A stretch of DNA of 45,705 bases from an uncultured Methanosarcinales archaeon. GTDB lineage: Archaea > Nanobdellota > Nanobdellia > Woesearchaeales > GW2011-AR9. The position numbers and the translations under genes were made by a program. How positions within the stretch are numbered: the stretch's first letter is position 1; every line of letters starts with the position of its first letter. The notes beneath the pieces are model-generated. The model did no database searches and had not been told where the DNA came from. It saw nothing but the letters and a program-made list of their open reading frames with translations. Shown piece after piece: positions 15,904-24,273 of the stretch. The DNA lies in NCBI GenBank assembly GCA_964344235.1, contig CAYFMJ010000006.1, forward strand, positions 1-45,705, in the 5' to 3' direction.

Positions 15904-16952
15904 TGAATCCGTTGTTTTATTTTTTCGATTAACTGTGGTTGGATGTAATGATTAATTGTTACGGTGTAATTATTTTTCCATCTATTCTCTTTTTTGAGAA
16001 ATTTTTTATGACCAAGATGTGCAGCGATGTCTAAGTAGAGCTGTTGAACTTGTTCTTTGGTGGGTTTCCTGTGCGCTTTGAGAAATTTTTGTACTTCTGA
16101 AGTTGCATAGTGAGAACGGACAATGTGGGGGTAGAATTCCTTCCCACAATAGTGTTTGAATGCTTTTTTGAATTCGGATTCTCTTAAAGGGTGGTTCGTT
16201 TTACAATTTGTGAAGACAAAGTCATTGGCTTTCTTTTTCCTGAGAATTGTTTTTAGTTTTTGTATGTATGTTTTTGGGAATTCTTGTTGGATTGTTCTGG
16301 GAACGCCGTCTTTTGCTAGGTAGTTGAATGTAACTGTGTTGTTTTTTATTGTGATGTCTTGTTTCTTTAGTGTTGTGAGGCCTTTATGGTTATGTGCTTT
16401 GTAGTATACTTCGTTTCCGATTCGCATGTAGGTTTTGAGAAGAGTGTACATTGGTAGAGCAAGATGGTCCTTTTTTCTCAGAGAACGTTGTACAGTTGTT
16501 GTGAGTTTGTTGTAGAGTTTTGCGAATTCTTGTACTTTTTTGTATTTACGTTGTTGATGTAATTGTTTTTTTTCTAAAGAATAGCAGTAGGACCACGTTC
16601 CTCCTTTGTTCTGGTATAAAACATCCCAATGATCGTGGGAATCTTGATCGTGAAGATGTAAATGAGAGGCGAATAATGAAAATGCCTTGTCTAATCTCTG
16701 GTTATTTGGCAGAATAGGAATTCTTGCGCCGCTTGCTTGGTTGTTTGGGAGTAAGAAGCCTTTCAAGAATTTTGGATTTTTTGTGTCTTTGAGAATTGTG
16801 AAGTTGTTGTGGGATTTGTATAATTGAATTGTTTTCTTAAGTTGTTGTTTAATGTCTTTGAGAGGAGGGATCTTTCTCCAGGAGCGGGTTGTTTTTTTGA
16901 AGAATTGTAATTTTGGGGTTACTCTAATTGTGTTTATAGGTACCTCTTTCAT
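15900..16952 (-). CDS. DNA topoisomerase IB, short poxvirus/bacterial type
   Basis: RIGNE..Y, GLTTL, FNYLAKDGV, HIVRS, LGH and NHYIQP supply the R-K-R-H-Y pentad. Confidence 0.85.
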   Translation of the reverse strand: MKEVPINTIRVTPKLQFFKKTTRSWRKIPPLKDIKQQLKKTIQLYKSHNNFTILKDTKNPKFLKGFLLPNNQASGARIPILPNNQRLDKAFSLFASHLHLHDQDSHDHWDVLYQNKGGTWSYCYSLEKKQLHQQRKYKKVQEFAKLYNKLTTTVQRSLRKKDHLALPMYTLLKTYMRIGNEVYYKAHNHKGLTTLKKQDITIKNNTVTFNYLAKDGVPRTIQQEFPKTYIQKLKTILRKKKANDFVFTNCKTNHPLRESEFKKAFKHYCGKEFYPHIVRSHYATSEVQKFLKAHRKPTKEQVQQLYLDIAAHLGHKKFLKKENRWKNNYTVTINHYIQPQLIEKIKQRIQ

Positions 16953-17001
16953 GCAATGGAAAGAAATTAAGAATATATAAAATTATGGAAAATAAAAAAA
17001 A

Positions 17002-17520
17002 TTATTTTCTCATGCCACGACTTTTCTTACCAGAAGATGTTTTACCATGGAAGACTCGACTCTGGTTCTTTGCTTTCTGTAAGAATTGTAGCTTTTTATC
17101 AGATTTAATTGCTGGATGATGTGCATCGACGAAGATGATTTCATACCAATAATACTTACCATCCTGTGCTACCCAATATGAGTTCAGAACGGTTAGGTTG
17201 AGAAATTTCTTCTGTGCTCTCTCTTCCGCAATCTGTTGATAATTCTTGCTTAAATTTAATCGTGTACCAAATCGCTTAGGTCTCCTTCCCTTTTTAGGTT
17301 GTGGTCTTCGGTGACCTCCTCTTGGAACACGTTGTCGTACGACAACAATTCCCTGTTTAGCTCTATAGCCTAAAGAACGAGCACGATCGATTCGTGTTGG
17401 TTTATCAATCTTGATAGTTGTTGGTTCTTTCCGCCATTGAATTAGGCGTTCTTTCCAGATTATGCCTAGATTTGCCTTTGGTTTCTTCCAAAGATCTCGT
17501 ACGTGTTTGTATAAACTCAT
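17002..17520 (-). CDS. rpl15e: Ribosomal protein eL15 (L15e)
   Basis: PTRIDRARSLGYRAKQG, GRRPKRFG, LNSYWVAQDGKYYWYE. Confidence 0.97.
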   Translation of the reverse strand: MSLYKHVRDLWKKPKANLGIIWKERLIQWRKEPTTIKIDKPTRIDRARSLGYRAKQGIVVVRQRVPRGGHRRPQPKKGRRPKRFGTRLNLSKNYQQIAEERAQKKFLNLTVLNSYWVAQDGKYYWYEIIFVDAHHPAIKSDKKLQFLQKAKNQSRVFHGKTSSGKKSRGMRK

Positions 17521-17541
17521 TGTATTGCCTCCGTTGTTATG

Positions 17542-17592
17542 TCACTTTCATTAGATTCAGGGAAGCGTCCCCACATCTCTAATGACTAGTGA
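17542..17592 (-). promoter_or_regulatory. Extended stem-loop/inverted repeat upstream of rpl15e
   Basis: TCAC-TAG-TCATTAGA-GATGT-GGGGA-CGCT-TCCC-TGAA-TCTAATGA-AA-GTGA on the minus strand. Confidence 0.55.
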
Positions 17593-17712
17593 GTTAGGGG
17601 GTTCTTTTAAAAAGGTTATGTTTGTATTTTGGTGGGAAATTTGTTGCATCTTCAGAAGATTTATATATGTCTTAGTTTTGTTATATCTATCAAAATACAT
17701 GGGGTGGGTATA

Positions 17713-18819
17713 GTGGAGATAACAGCGTTAGTTGAACCAAATTTCTTACAGTTTTCACAAGATACAGTGCTTTCTGAGGTAGCCGGAAGATTACAGGAAA
17801 ATGAGAAGCGATGTGCTCTTGTTTTTCGAAACGATACGTATTTGGGTTTGGTTGATAAACGGAAGTTGTTAGATTCACGGTTACATTCACTGCACGTGGA
17901 TGCTGTTATCACAAAGACGCCTATTTTAGATGAAACCGTTTCTTTACAAAGAGCAGCGGAGTTATTCGTTGCAAGTAATTCGTTATTCTTGCCTGTTGAA
18001 AAGAATAAAACGATTGTTGGTGTAGTAAGTGCGTTAGATTTAGCAGCAGCTGGATTTAAAGAGTTTGAACAATATACTGTGAAAGATGCGAAGTTAGTCA
18101 AACCAGCAGCGTTTACTGAAGATGATTCTTTACATTCTGCATTACGAGTAATGCATGATGATTCGGTTGATGTTCTCCCTGTTGTGTCTGCAGGAGCGGT
18201 TTCAGGAGCGATTCCATATAAGTCATTAGTTCGGGCGATGTTAGATTGGTCACCACAGAAAGATGGAGCTTCTGCTTTTAATGTGAAGCTTAGAAGTAAA
18301 GCTACTCGGTTGGCAGTTTCTTCGTTGAATGACATTTCAGTAGCATCAGCTGTTGTGGAATATCAAACAGTTTCTGTGCAATTATCTTCTACATTACAGG
18401 ATGCGATTGCATTGATGGATGAAACACGTCAGACTTCACTATTAGTGTTACAGGAAAATCATTTGAAAGGAGTACTAACAATTCATAATTTGTTGCGAGT
18501 GTTAGTGGGAGAAGGTTCCCAGCAGTTTACTGTTAGTTACAAAGGTTTGAAAGGGTTGACATTAACGGAGAACCAAGAGAATTTATTATATTCTATTGTG
18601 GAGAAGGAGGCAGGGAAATTGCAGCGAAAAGTTTCTGGGGAGTTCTCTGTTATTGTACATGTGAAAGGAATTAATAAAGAAGGTAAACAGCAGGAGTTTG
18701 AAGTAAAGTTACGGATTGAATATCCTGGGAAACTATTTGCTGCTGAGAAATCTGACTGGGATTTAGAAACAGCGGTGAGGAAGTGTTTTAATATCGTTGC
18801 AGGAGAATTGGAGAGGTAA
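17713..18819 (+). CDS. CBS-domain protein fused to a C-terminal HPF/RaiA-like domain (Hib-type ribosome hibernation factor)
   Basis: Repeated CBS patterns (LPVEKNKTIVGVVSALD, LPVVSAGAVSGAI, LKGVLTIHNLL); C-terminal beta-alpha-beta-beta-beta-alpha segment ending AEKSDWDLETAVRKCF. Confidence 0.75.
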   Translation: MEITALVEPNFLQFSQDTVLSEVAGRLQENEKRCALVFRNDTYLGLVDKRKLLDSRLHSLHVDAVITKTPILDETVSLQRAAELFVASNSLFLPVEKNKTIVGVVSALDLAAAGFKEFEQYTVKDAKLVKPAAFTEDDSLHSALRVMHDDSVDVLPVVSAGAVSGAIPYKSLVRAMLDWSPQKDGASAFNVKLRSKATRLAVSSLNDISVASAVVEYQTVSVQLSSTLQDAIALMDETRQTSLLVLQENHLKGVLTIHNLLRVLVGEGSQQFTVSYKGLKGLTLTENQENLLYSIVEKEAGKLQRKVSGEFSVIVHVKGINKEGKQQEFEVKLRIEYPGKLFAAEKSDWDLETAVRKCFNIVAGELER

Positions 18820-18865
18820 AATATCGTAGTAAATTTTATTAAGTTTGAGTAATTTTACATTACAA

Positions 18866-19048
18866 ATGGCTAGTACAACTGTTACAGTTAACCGGGATGC
18901 AATTCAGGATTTAGTTAAGGTTAAAGATAAGTTTGATGCTATTGTTGAATCTCTTGAGCTAATGTCTGATGATAAGTTTATGAGTTCTTATAAAAAATCA
19001 AAAACCCAGGTTGAGAAGAGAGAGTTTGATGATTGGAATGAGTTATAA
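18866..19048 (+). CDS. Antitoxin (RelB-like)
   Basis: Small acidic protein overlapping a RelE-like gene; LELMSDDKFMSSYKKS pattern. Confidence 0.7.
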   Translation: MASTTVTVNRDAIQDLVKVKDKFDAIVESLELMSDDKFMSSYKKSKTQVEKREFDDWNEL

Positions 19049-19292
19049 AATTCTTCCAACGAGAGAGTTTTCTAAAGATTTTAAGAAGATAGATCCTCAG
19101 ATGCAAAGAAGAGTTAAACATAAAGTCAAAGAAGTGGCTATAGATCCGACAAGATACAAACATTTGCACTATGATCTTAAGAATAGTTGTCGTTTGTGGG
19201 TTGGCAAATTACGAATTATTTTCTCCTATAGTCAACACAAAAAAGAATTGTACTTAGAGAAAATTGTTTTAGGACACGAATATCGTAAGTAA
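19038..19292 (+). CDS. RelE/ParE family toxin
   Basis: YKILPTREFSKDFKKI..RYKHLHYDLKNSCRLWVGKLRIIFS. Confidence 0.85.
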   Translation: MSYKILPTREFSKDFKKIDPQMQRRVKHKVKEVAIDPTRYKHLHYDLKNSCRLWVGKLRIIFSYSQHKKELYLEKIVLGHEYRK

Positions 19293-19658
19293 TTACTCTT
19301 CTAACTCTTTTTTCTCCCGAAACTTCTCTGCGTTCTCTTCGCTGTTAAATCGATAGGTTTGGCCGTCAATTTCGATTTCTACAATATCTTCAGCATCCAT
19401 TAACAGTTCTCCTGTGAGGGCGTCTTTTCCAAGTTGGCCTTCCATACTTGCTCCCTGAGCGAAACCTGCTTCCCATGGCTCCATTTCATCATCTTCCACA
19501 AGCTTTTCTCGGCCTTCTGCAGTTAATGGGTCTTCGTCTCGGTCACCATGTTCCATCTCTGCTAAGCGTTGTTCCCGTGTTTCGTTTGGGAGGATGCCCT
19601 GTTCTTCTGCCGCATAGAATTCATCTTCGTGTTTCCGCTCTTTTTTTGGATTTGTCAT
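19293..19658 (-). CDS. Acidic protein with a cysteine-less YHS/TRASH-like C-terminal module
   Basis: KDALTGELL..VEIEIDGQTYRFNSEENAEKF mirrors DPVCG..G..YYFCS..C...F with the Cys residues replaced. Confidence 0.5.
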   Translation of the reverse strand: MTNPKKERKHEDEFYAAEEQGILPNETREQRLAEMEHGDRDEDPLTAEGREKLVEDDEMEPWEAGFAQGASMEGQLGKDALTGELLMDAEDIVEIEIDGQTYRFNSEENAEKFREKKELEE

Positions 19659-19699
19659 TCTGTGTGGAAAGAATTTTATGTATAAAAGAATTGTGGTGC

Positions 19700-20296
19700 T
19701 TAGAGATACAGTCGTAATAGGAAAATAACTGTTCCAGCAACTAATGGTACAACAAGGTTATCATCTAATGTACTATTGTTGAAATCGATCTTAATAACTT
19801 CTGCAACCATGGCAGCGAAACTTGCAAGGATAGCTTCGAATGGTGTGACGAAGATAACTGCGCCTACGAAGCCGGCTATGGTTCCTGCTAGAGTTCCTTC
19901 TAAGAGTTTTTTTCCTCGCCAATGAAAGATATTTTTGAGTATGCCAAATTTTTCTCCTACTAAATGGCTGATAGAATCTCCTAATGCGAGAATCATGATC
20001 GATGCGTAGGCAATGTCTTTCGGAAAGAGTTGGATGACTAATAATACTCCAATGAAAAAGAAAATAAGGCCTTTTCCAGGGAATGTTTCTTTTGTTTCGT
20101 CTCTCTCGAAATGAGTGAGGAAATAATGAAAGCCAGGTAATTTGATTCTTTTGCTGATAATACTAGCGAGAAGGCCGATGATGATGAGTAGAAATATTGA
20201 CAATGGAGTGAGGATGTTAAAGTATAGTAAGATTACCGTGACAATACCAACCACTGCATGCAAGATTTGTCTTCCGATCTCTTGTTTTGTAAGCAT
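19700..20296 (-). CDS. Polyprenol/diacylglycerol kinase (SEC59/DGK1/VTE5-like) membrane protein
   Basis: RQILH, LALGDSISHLVG, KLLEGTLAG, LDDNLVVPL. Confidence 0.85.
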   Translation of the reverse strand: MLTKQEIGRQILHAVVGIVTVILLYFNILTPLSIFLLIIIGLLASIISKRIKLPGFHYFLTHFERDETKETFPGKGLIFFFIGVLLVIQLFPKDIAYASIMILALGDSISHLVGEKFGILKNIFHWRGKKLLEGTLAGTIAGFVGAVIFVTPFEAILASFAAMVAEVIKIDFNNSTLDDNLVVPLVAGTVIFLLRLYL

Positions 20297-20401
20297 GAGT
20301 TGTATTTTTAGGAGTGTTTTAAAATGATTGTGGAAAAGAATCGTTTTAATATCAGTAAAGTTTCATAAATCTAATAAGTGGGTTTTACTATCTTACTTAG
20401 C

Positions 20402-20724
20402 ATGGGATCAGAAAACAATGAATATCGAGTTCGCTTTGAAACGCGTAAAGCGAATGTTCGAAGAAACCCCGTTCATGGGTATGGTGAGTTTTCAGTAACT
20501 GCTCCAACGTTACCTGAAGCTGTTGAACAAGCTAATGAAAGATTTTACTTCAATTTGATCTTGCTGGACTTACCACATCCTATGTTAGCAAGCAGGAGAT
20601 TCAGGATGGACCAGCCTGGCGACCTTTTACCGGGGATGGCTTGGATGATCAGGTTTTAGCTGAATCAACAATTGTCTATGTCCCTGGGCAAACCCACTAT
20701 GGCGATATTGGAAGGGGAGATTAG
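20402..20724 (+). pseudogene. Hypothetical protein apparently split by a 1-nt frameshift near 20540
   Basis: The -1 frame opens right after TAA TGA at ~20539 and reads (K)ILLQFDLAGLTTSYVSKQEIQDGPAWRPFTGDGLDDQVLAESTIVYVPGQTHYGDIGRGD to TAG 20724; joining the frames gives 107 aa. Confidence 0.45.
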
Positions 20725-20832
20725 TTTTTCTGCTCGACTATTTTTGATTTATTCTAATTATTGTGGAAGAAATTGATCCTATATTTTTGTTTACAGTAAT
20801 CAATATATATTGAGTGAAGGAATAAACGGCCT

Positions 20833-21219
20833 ATGAGAGCATCGGTCGTTTATGAGCGTGAATACACTGGTAGCTATAGCTCTCGATTATTTTGTAGAAA
20901 ACTTGAAAGAAGTCCTGAGGATACAATTGATGATTGGTTGGTGGATAACTCGTTGGGTTTAGTTGATTGGAATGGTGAAGGACATGAAGGTCATCTGTTT
21001 GTCGTTAATGGTGTTGGCTACACCATACACTCCTCGGTGAAGGATCCTAGTTCTCTTCCATTGAAATCTAGGGGGGATTTTTCCTACAAAAGATTAGTTG
21101 AAATTAGAGTTGGATCGGATACTACTTTTTTGCCTGGAGTTATAAAAAATGCTTTAGATGAAAGGGGACTATGCAAGTCAGAGAGGACATATGTTGAACC
21201 TGATACAAAAGATTTATAA
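20833..21219 (+). CDS. Hypothetical protein
   Basis: 128-aa ORF with upstream AT-rich promoter. Confidence 0.55.
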   Translation: MRASVVYEREYTGSYSSRLFCRKLERSPEDTIDDWLVDNSLGLVDWNGEGHEGHLFVVNGVGYTIHSSVKDPSSLPLKSRGDFSYKRLVEIRVGSDTTFLPGVIKNALDERGLCKSERTYVEPDTKDL

Positions 21220-21242
21220 TGTGTTTCTTGCCTAGGTGGTGT

Positions 21243-22721
21243 ATGAAAGAAAGACCGCTGCCAGGCCCTCCGAAGGGAATTATTCGAGTGAGTGACGTAG
21301 TGTGGGAGCTCCCTAAAACATACAAAGAAGGGATGCGTGTACCTGCAAGAATTATTGCTAATGAAGAGTTAATGAATTCTATGGATGCTGGTGTGTTTGA
21401 ACAAGTTACGAATGTGGCAACACTTCCGGGTATTCAGAAGTATGCATATTGCATGCCCGATGGTCACTGGGGTTATGGTTTCCCAATCGGTGGAGTAGCT
21501 GCGTTTGCAGTTGATGAGGGAGGGGTTATCTCTCCAGGAGGAATTGGGTTTGATATAAACTGTGGGATGCGGTTAATCACAACTAATCTCACTGAAGATA
21601 AGGTGAAACCACGGATTAAGGAGTTAGTTGATGCATTGTATAAAGCAGTGCCAGCAGGAGTTGGTTGTAAAGGGTTTGTGAAGATTTCTAAGGAAGAGTT
21701 TCGAGAAGTTATGAAAGACGGAGCACAGTGGTGTTTGAAGAAGGGCTATGCAACCGAACATGACATTGAACATATTGAAGATCATGGAAAAATTGATTGG
21801 GCAGATCCTGACAAAGTTTCAGAGAAAGCTGTAAAGCGAGGGTTTGATCAAATTGGGACGCTTGGCAGTGGAAATCATTATTTAGAGGTTCAAGTTGTTT
21901 GTGAGGGGAATATTTTTGACAAAGAAGCAGCTGCGGCGATGGGGATTACCAAGCCAGGTCAAGTTGTGATTATGGTGCATTGTGGGTCTCGTGGCTTTGG
22001 TCATCAAATTGGAACAGATTATTTACGAACGTTCTTAGATGTGATGCCGAAATATGGTATTGAAATTAGGGACAGGGAATTAGCATGTGCACCGTTTAAT
22101 TCACCGGAAGGGCAGGATTATTACAAAGCAATGGCGTGTGCAGCTAACATGGCGTTTGTGAATAGGCAAGTGATTACACACCGGATTCGGGAAGTGTTTA
22201 GTGAAGTGTTTAGTAAAACTGCTGAAGAAATGGATATTAAGTTAGTGTATGACGTAGCACATAATATTGCGAAGTTAGAGAAGTATGAAGTTGATGGTGT
22301 GGAGAAGACGTTATTGGTGCACCGAAAAGGAGCTACGCGAGCGTTTGGACCAAAGAGGATTAAAGAATTGCCAGAGGCATATAGGCCGTTTGGTCAGCCG
22401 GTTATTTTAGGTGGTAGTATGGAGACTGGTTCGTATCTGCTAATTGGAACAGATGCAGCGGATGAAACGTTTGGTAGTACAGCACATGGTGCTGGTAGAA
22501 CTATGAGTAGATCAGCTGCGAAACGGCAAGTGGATGGGGCGCAGTTGCAGAAAGATATGGAGAAACGTGGTATTTATGTTCATGGCGTGACGATGAAAGG
22601 ACTTGCCGAGGAAGCAGGGAAAGCGTATAAAGATATTAATGTCGTTGTTGATTCTTTGAAAGAAGCAGGTATTACCAAGCCTGTTGTGGCGTTGAAACCG
22701 ATTGGGAATGTGAAAGGATAA
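21243..22721 (+). CDS. rtcB: RtcB tRNA-splicing 3'-phosphate/5'-OH RNA ligase
   Basis: MPDGHWGYGFPIGG, GFDINCG, TLGSGNHYLE, HCGSRG, DVAHN, HRKGATRA, STAHGAGR. Confidence 0.98.
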   Translation: MKERPLPGPPKGIIRVSDVVWELPKTYKEGMRVPARIIANEELMNSMDAGVFEQVTNVATLPGIQKYAYCMPDGHWGYGFPIGGVAAFAVDEGGVISPGGIGFDINCGMRLITTNLTEDKVKPRIKELVDALYKAVPAGVGCKGFVKISKEEFREVMKDGAQWCLKKGYATEHDIEHIEDHGKIDWADPDKVSEKAVKRGFDQIGTLGSGNHYLEVQVVCEGNIFDKEAAAAMGITKPGQVVIMVHCGSRGFGHQIGTDYLRTFLDVMPKYGIEIRDRELACAPFNSPEGQDYYKAMACAANMAFVNRQVITHRIREVFSEVFSKTAEEMDIKLVYDVAHNIAKLEKYEVDGVEKTLLVHRKGATRAFGPKRIKELPEAYRPFGQPVILGGSMETGSYLLIGTDAADETFGSTAHGAGRTMSRSAAKRQVDGAQLQKDMEKRGIYVHGVTMKGLAEEAGKAYKDINVVVDSLKEAGITKPVVALKPIGNVKG

Positions 22722-22723
22722 TT

Positions 22724-22936
22724 TTACGGTAGAGAGCTACCGATTCGGCTGGCCACAGCTGCTGTTATCATTTCTAGGTCATTGAGGGAAATACCGTAAA
22801 GATAGATAACAAAAAAGGCGAGCAACGCCATGTAGAGAATCATGTCAATTCTTTTTAAGATAAACTTACATACTAGCCCAAATACTAGGTGAATTAAGAT
22901 AAATAGTATAACGGAATTTAGAGTAAACTCTACCAT
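22724..22936 (-). CDS. Small membrane protein
   Basis: Two hydrophobic helices. Confidence 0.55.
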   Translation of the reverse strand: MVEFTLNSVILFILIHLVFGLVCKFILKRIDMILYMALLAFFVIYLYGISLNDLEMITAAVASRIGSSLP

Positions 22937-22988
22937 CTTGATAGGGGAGGGGATGATTTGATTAATAAAATTACTGTTATTCTAAAGG

Positions 22989-23315
22989 TTACTTCACTTT
23001 CCCTTCTAACTGCTCAACTCTTCCACATTTACCACATTTCATTTTTACGACAGAATCTTCGTCAGAGTAGAATGAACCGATTTCTAGCATCTCGGCTTTA
23101 TTGTGATTGCAATATTTGCAGATATGGTCATGAACCGCCAAGTGATTTGTATCGTCAGCCGGAGTGATGATTTTTCCCTGTTTGTTATTGTGAGTTGTGT
23201 GGGTTATATTATCTTGGTTAAGTGTTGGTTGTGAATGGCCTGCAGGGCATGCTAACCATTTACCGTACGGTGTTGTTTTCGGTGCAAGTAATGTGCCACA
23301 GGTTTTACAGAACAT
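22989..23315 (-). CDS. TFS/RpoM-like double zinc-ribbon transcription factor
   Basis: MFCKTCGTLL..CPAGH N-terminal ribbon; CKYC..YSDED..KCGKCG C-terminal ribbon with acidic DE tip. Confidence 0.8.
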   Translation of the reverse strand: MFCKTCGTLLAPKTTPYGKWLACPAGHSQPTLNQDNITHTTHNNKQGKIITPADDTNHLAVHDHICKYCNHNKAEMLEIGSFYSDEDSVVKMKCGKCGRVEQLEGKVK

Positions 23316-23389
23316 AGAGGGGATGGGTTGTGCTTTCTAGTTAAATGTTTGCGTAATATTTTTATATGATTATTTTATGATTGAGAGAT

Positions 23390-24238
23390 ATGAAGAATGT
23401 TATAGCTTTGTCTGTTGTGTTGATTATGCTCAGTAGTTCGTTTGTTTTTGCTGATTTTAATGATGATGTTACAGTATTGCAATCAGAGGTTGTGGGGAAA
23501 GTCATTCCTGGACCAATTGGTTTTCTATTTGGTGATGAACGGATGAATCTACATGTTGAAATGGCAACTGGAGAAGTTGTTACTGTTGGTGTTGTTACTG
23601 ATAATAAAGTGGTGGAAGAATTTGCAGCAGGCGCTATTCAAAAACCTAGTATTAATATTTATACGGATCAAGAGACTATGGCGAGTGTGCAAGGTTCTGA
23701 TGACCCCTTGATGGCGTTACGAAGTGCATTGGATGGTGGAGAGATTACGTACAGTGCAGTTGGTTTGTTTAATAAAATGAAGTTTGGTTTCTGGGGGATG
23801 TTTTTTGGCATGTCAAAGGAAAGTGACAAGAGCGATGTGGAGATTGTTGAGAAAGAAGAGACTGAGGATGTTGTTGATGTAGCTGAGGAAGACGATGTGG
23901 TTGAAGAAGTAGATTTAGAAGAGGAAGCAGAAGAAGCTGAGGAAGAACAAGAGGAAATTAAATTAGATGGGCCAACAACACATACAGTAAGTCAAATTAA
24001 TACTGGTTTCTCTGTGGGTGAAGTTGTTATTGCGGCAGGGGATGCGGTTGAGTGGGTCAATGAGCGATCAGGTGCAATAACAAAGGGAATGATTATTGGA
24101 GCACAAAAATGTACTGGTATTAAAAGTACAATCTACAATCCAGGCGAATCATTTACCTGGATCTTTGATGAACCAATGACGTGTGTTATTGTTGATGGGA
24201 TTATGACGAAGCAAACGATGAAAGTTATTGTTGAGTAA
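23390..24238 (+). CDS. Secreted acidic protein with a C-terminal cupredoxin-like domain
   Basis: Signal peptide ending VFA; acidic linker; EVVIAAGDAVEWVN..YNPGESFTWIFDEP pattern. Confidence 0.6.
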   Translation: MKNVIALSVVLIMLSSSFVFADFNDDVTVLQSEVVGKVIPGPIGFLFGDERMNLHVEMATGEVVTVGVVTDNKVVEEFAAGAIQKPSINIYTDQETMASVQGSDDPLMALRSALDGGEITYSAVGLFNKMKFGFWGMFFGMSKESDKSDVEIVEKEETEDVVDVAEEDDVVEEVDLEEEAEEAEEEQEEIKLDGPTTHTVSQINTGFSVGEVVIAAGDAVEWVNERSGAITKGMIIGAQKCTGIKSTIYNPGESFTWIFDEPMTCVIVDGIMTKQTMKVIVE

Positions 24239-24273
24239 GAAGTGTTTTAAAGTAGCTGCTTTTTTTCTAGAGA

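Noticed and set aside
15900-16952. Protelomerase explaining the terminal inverted repeats
   Set aside because: RIGNE and GLTTL are TopIB signatures; the ends are not hairpin-type palindromes; core chromosomal genes argue against a linear plasmid.
13079-16952. Integrated element at tRNA-Thr
   Set aside because: No duplicated tRNA 3' end (att site) and no integrase seen by eye.
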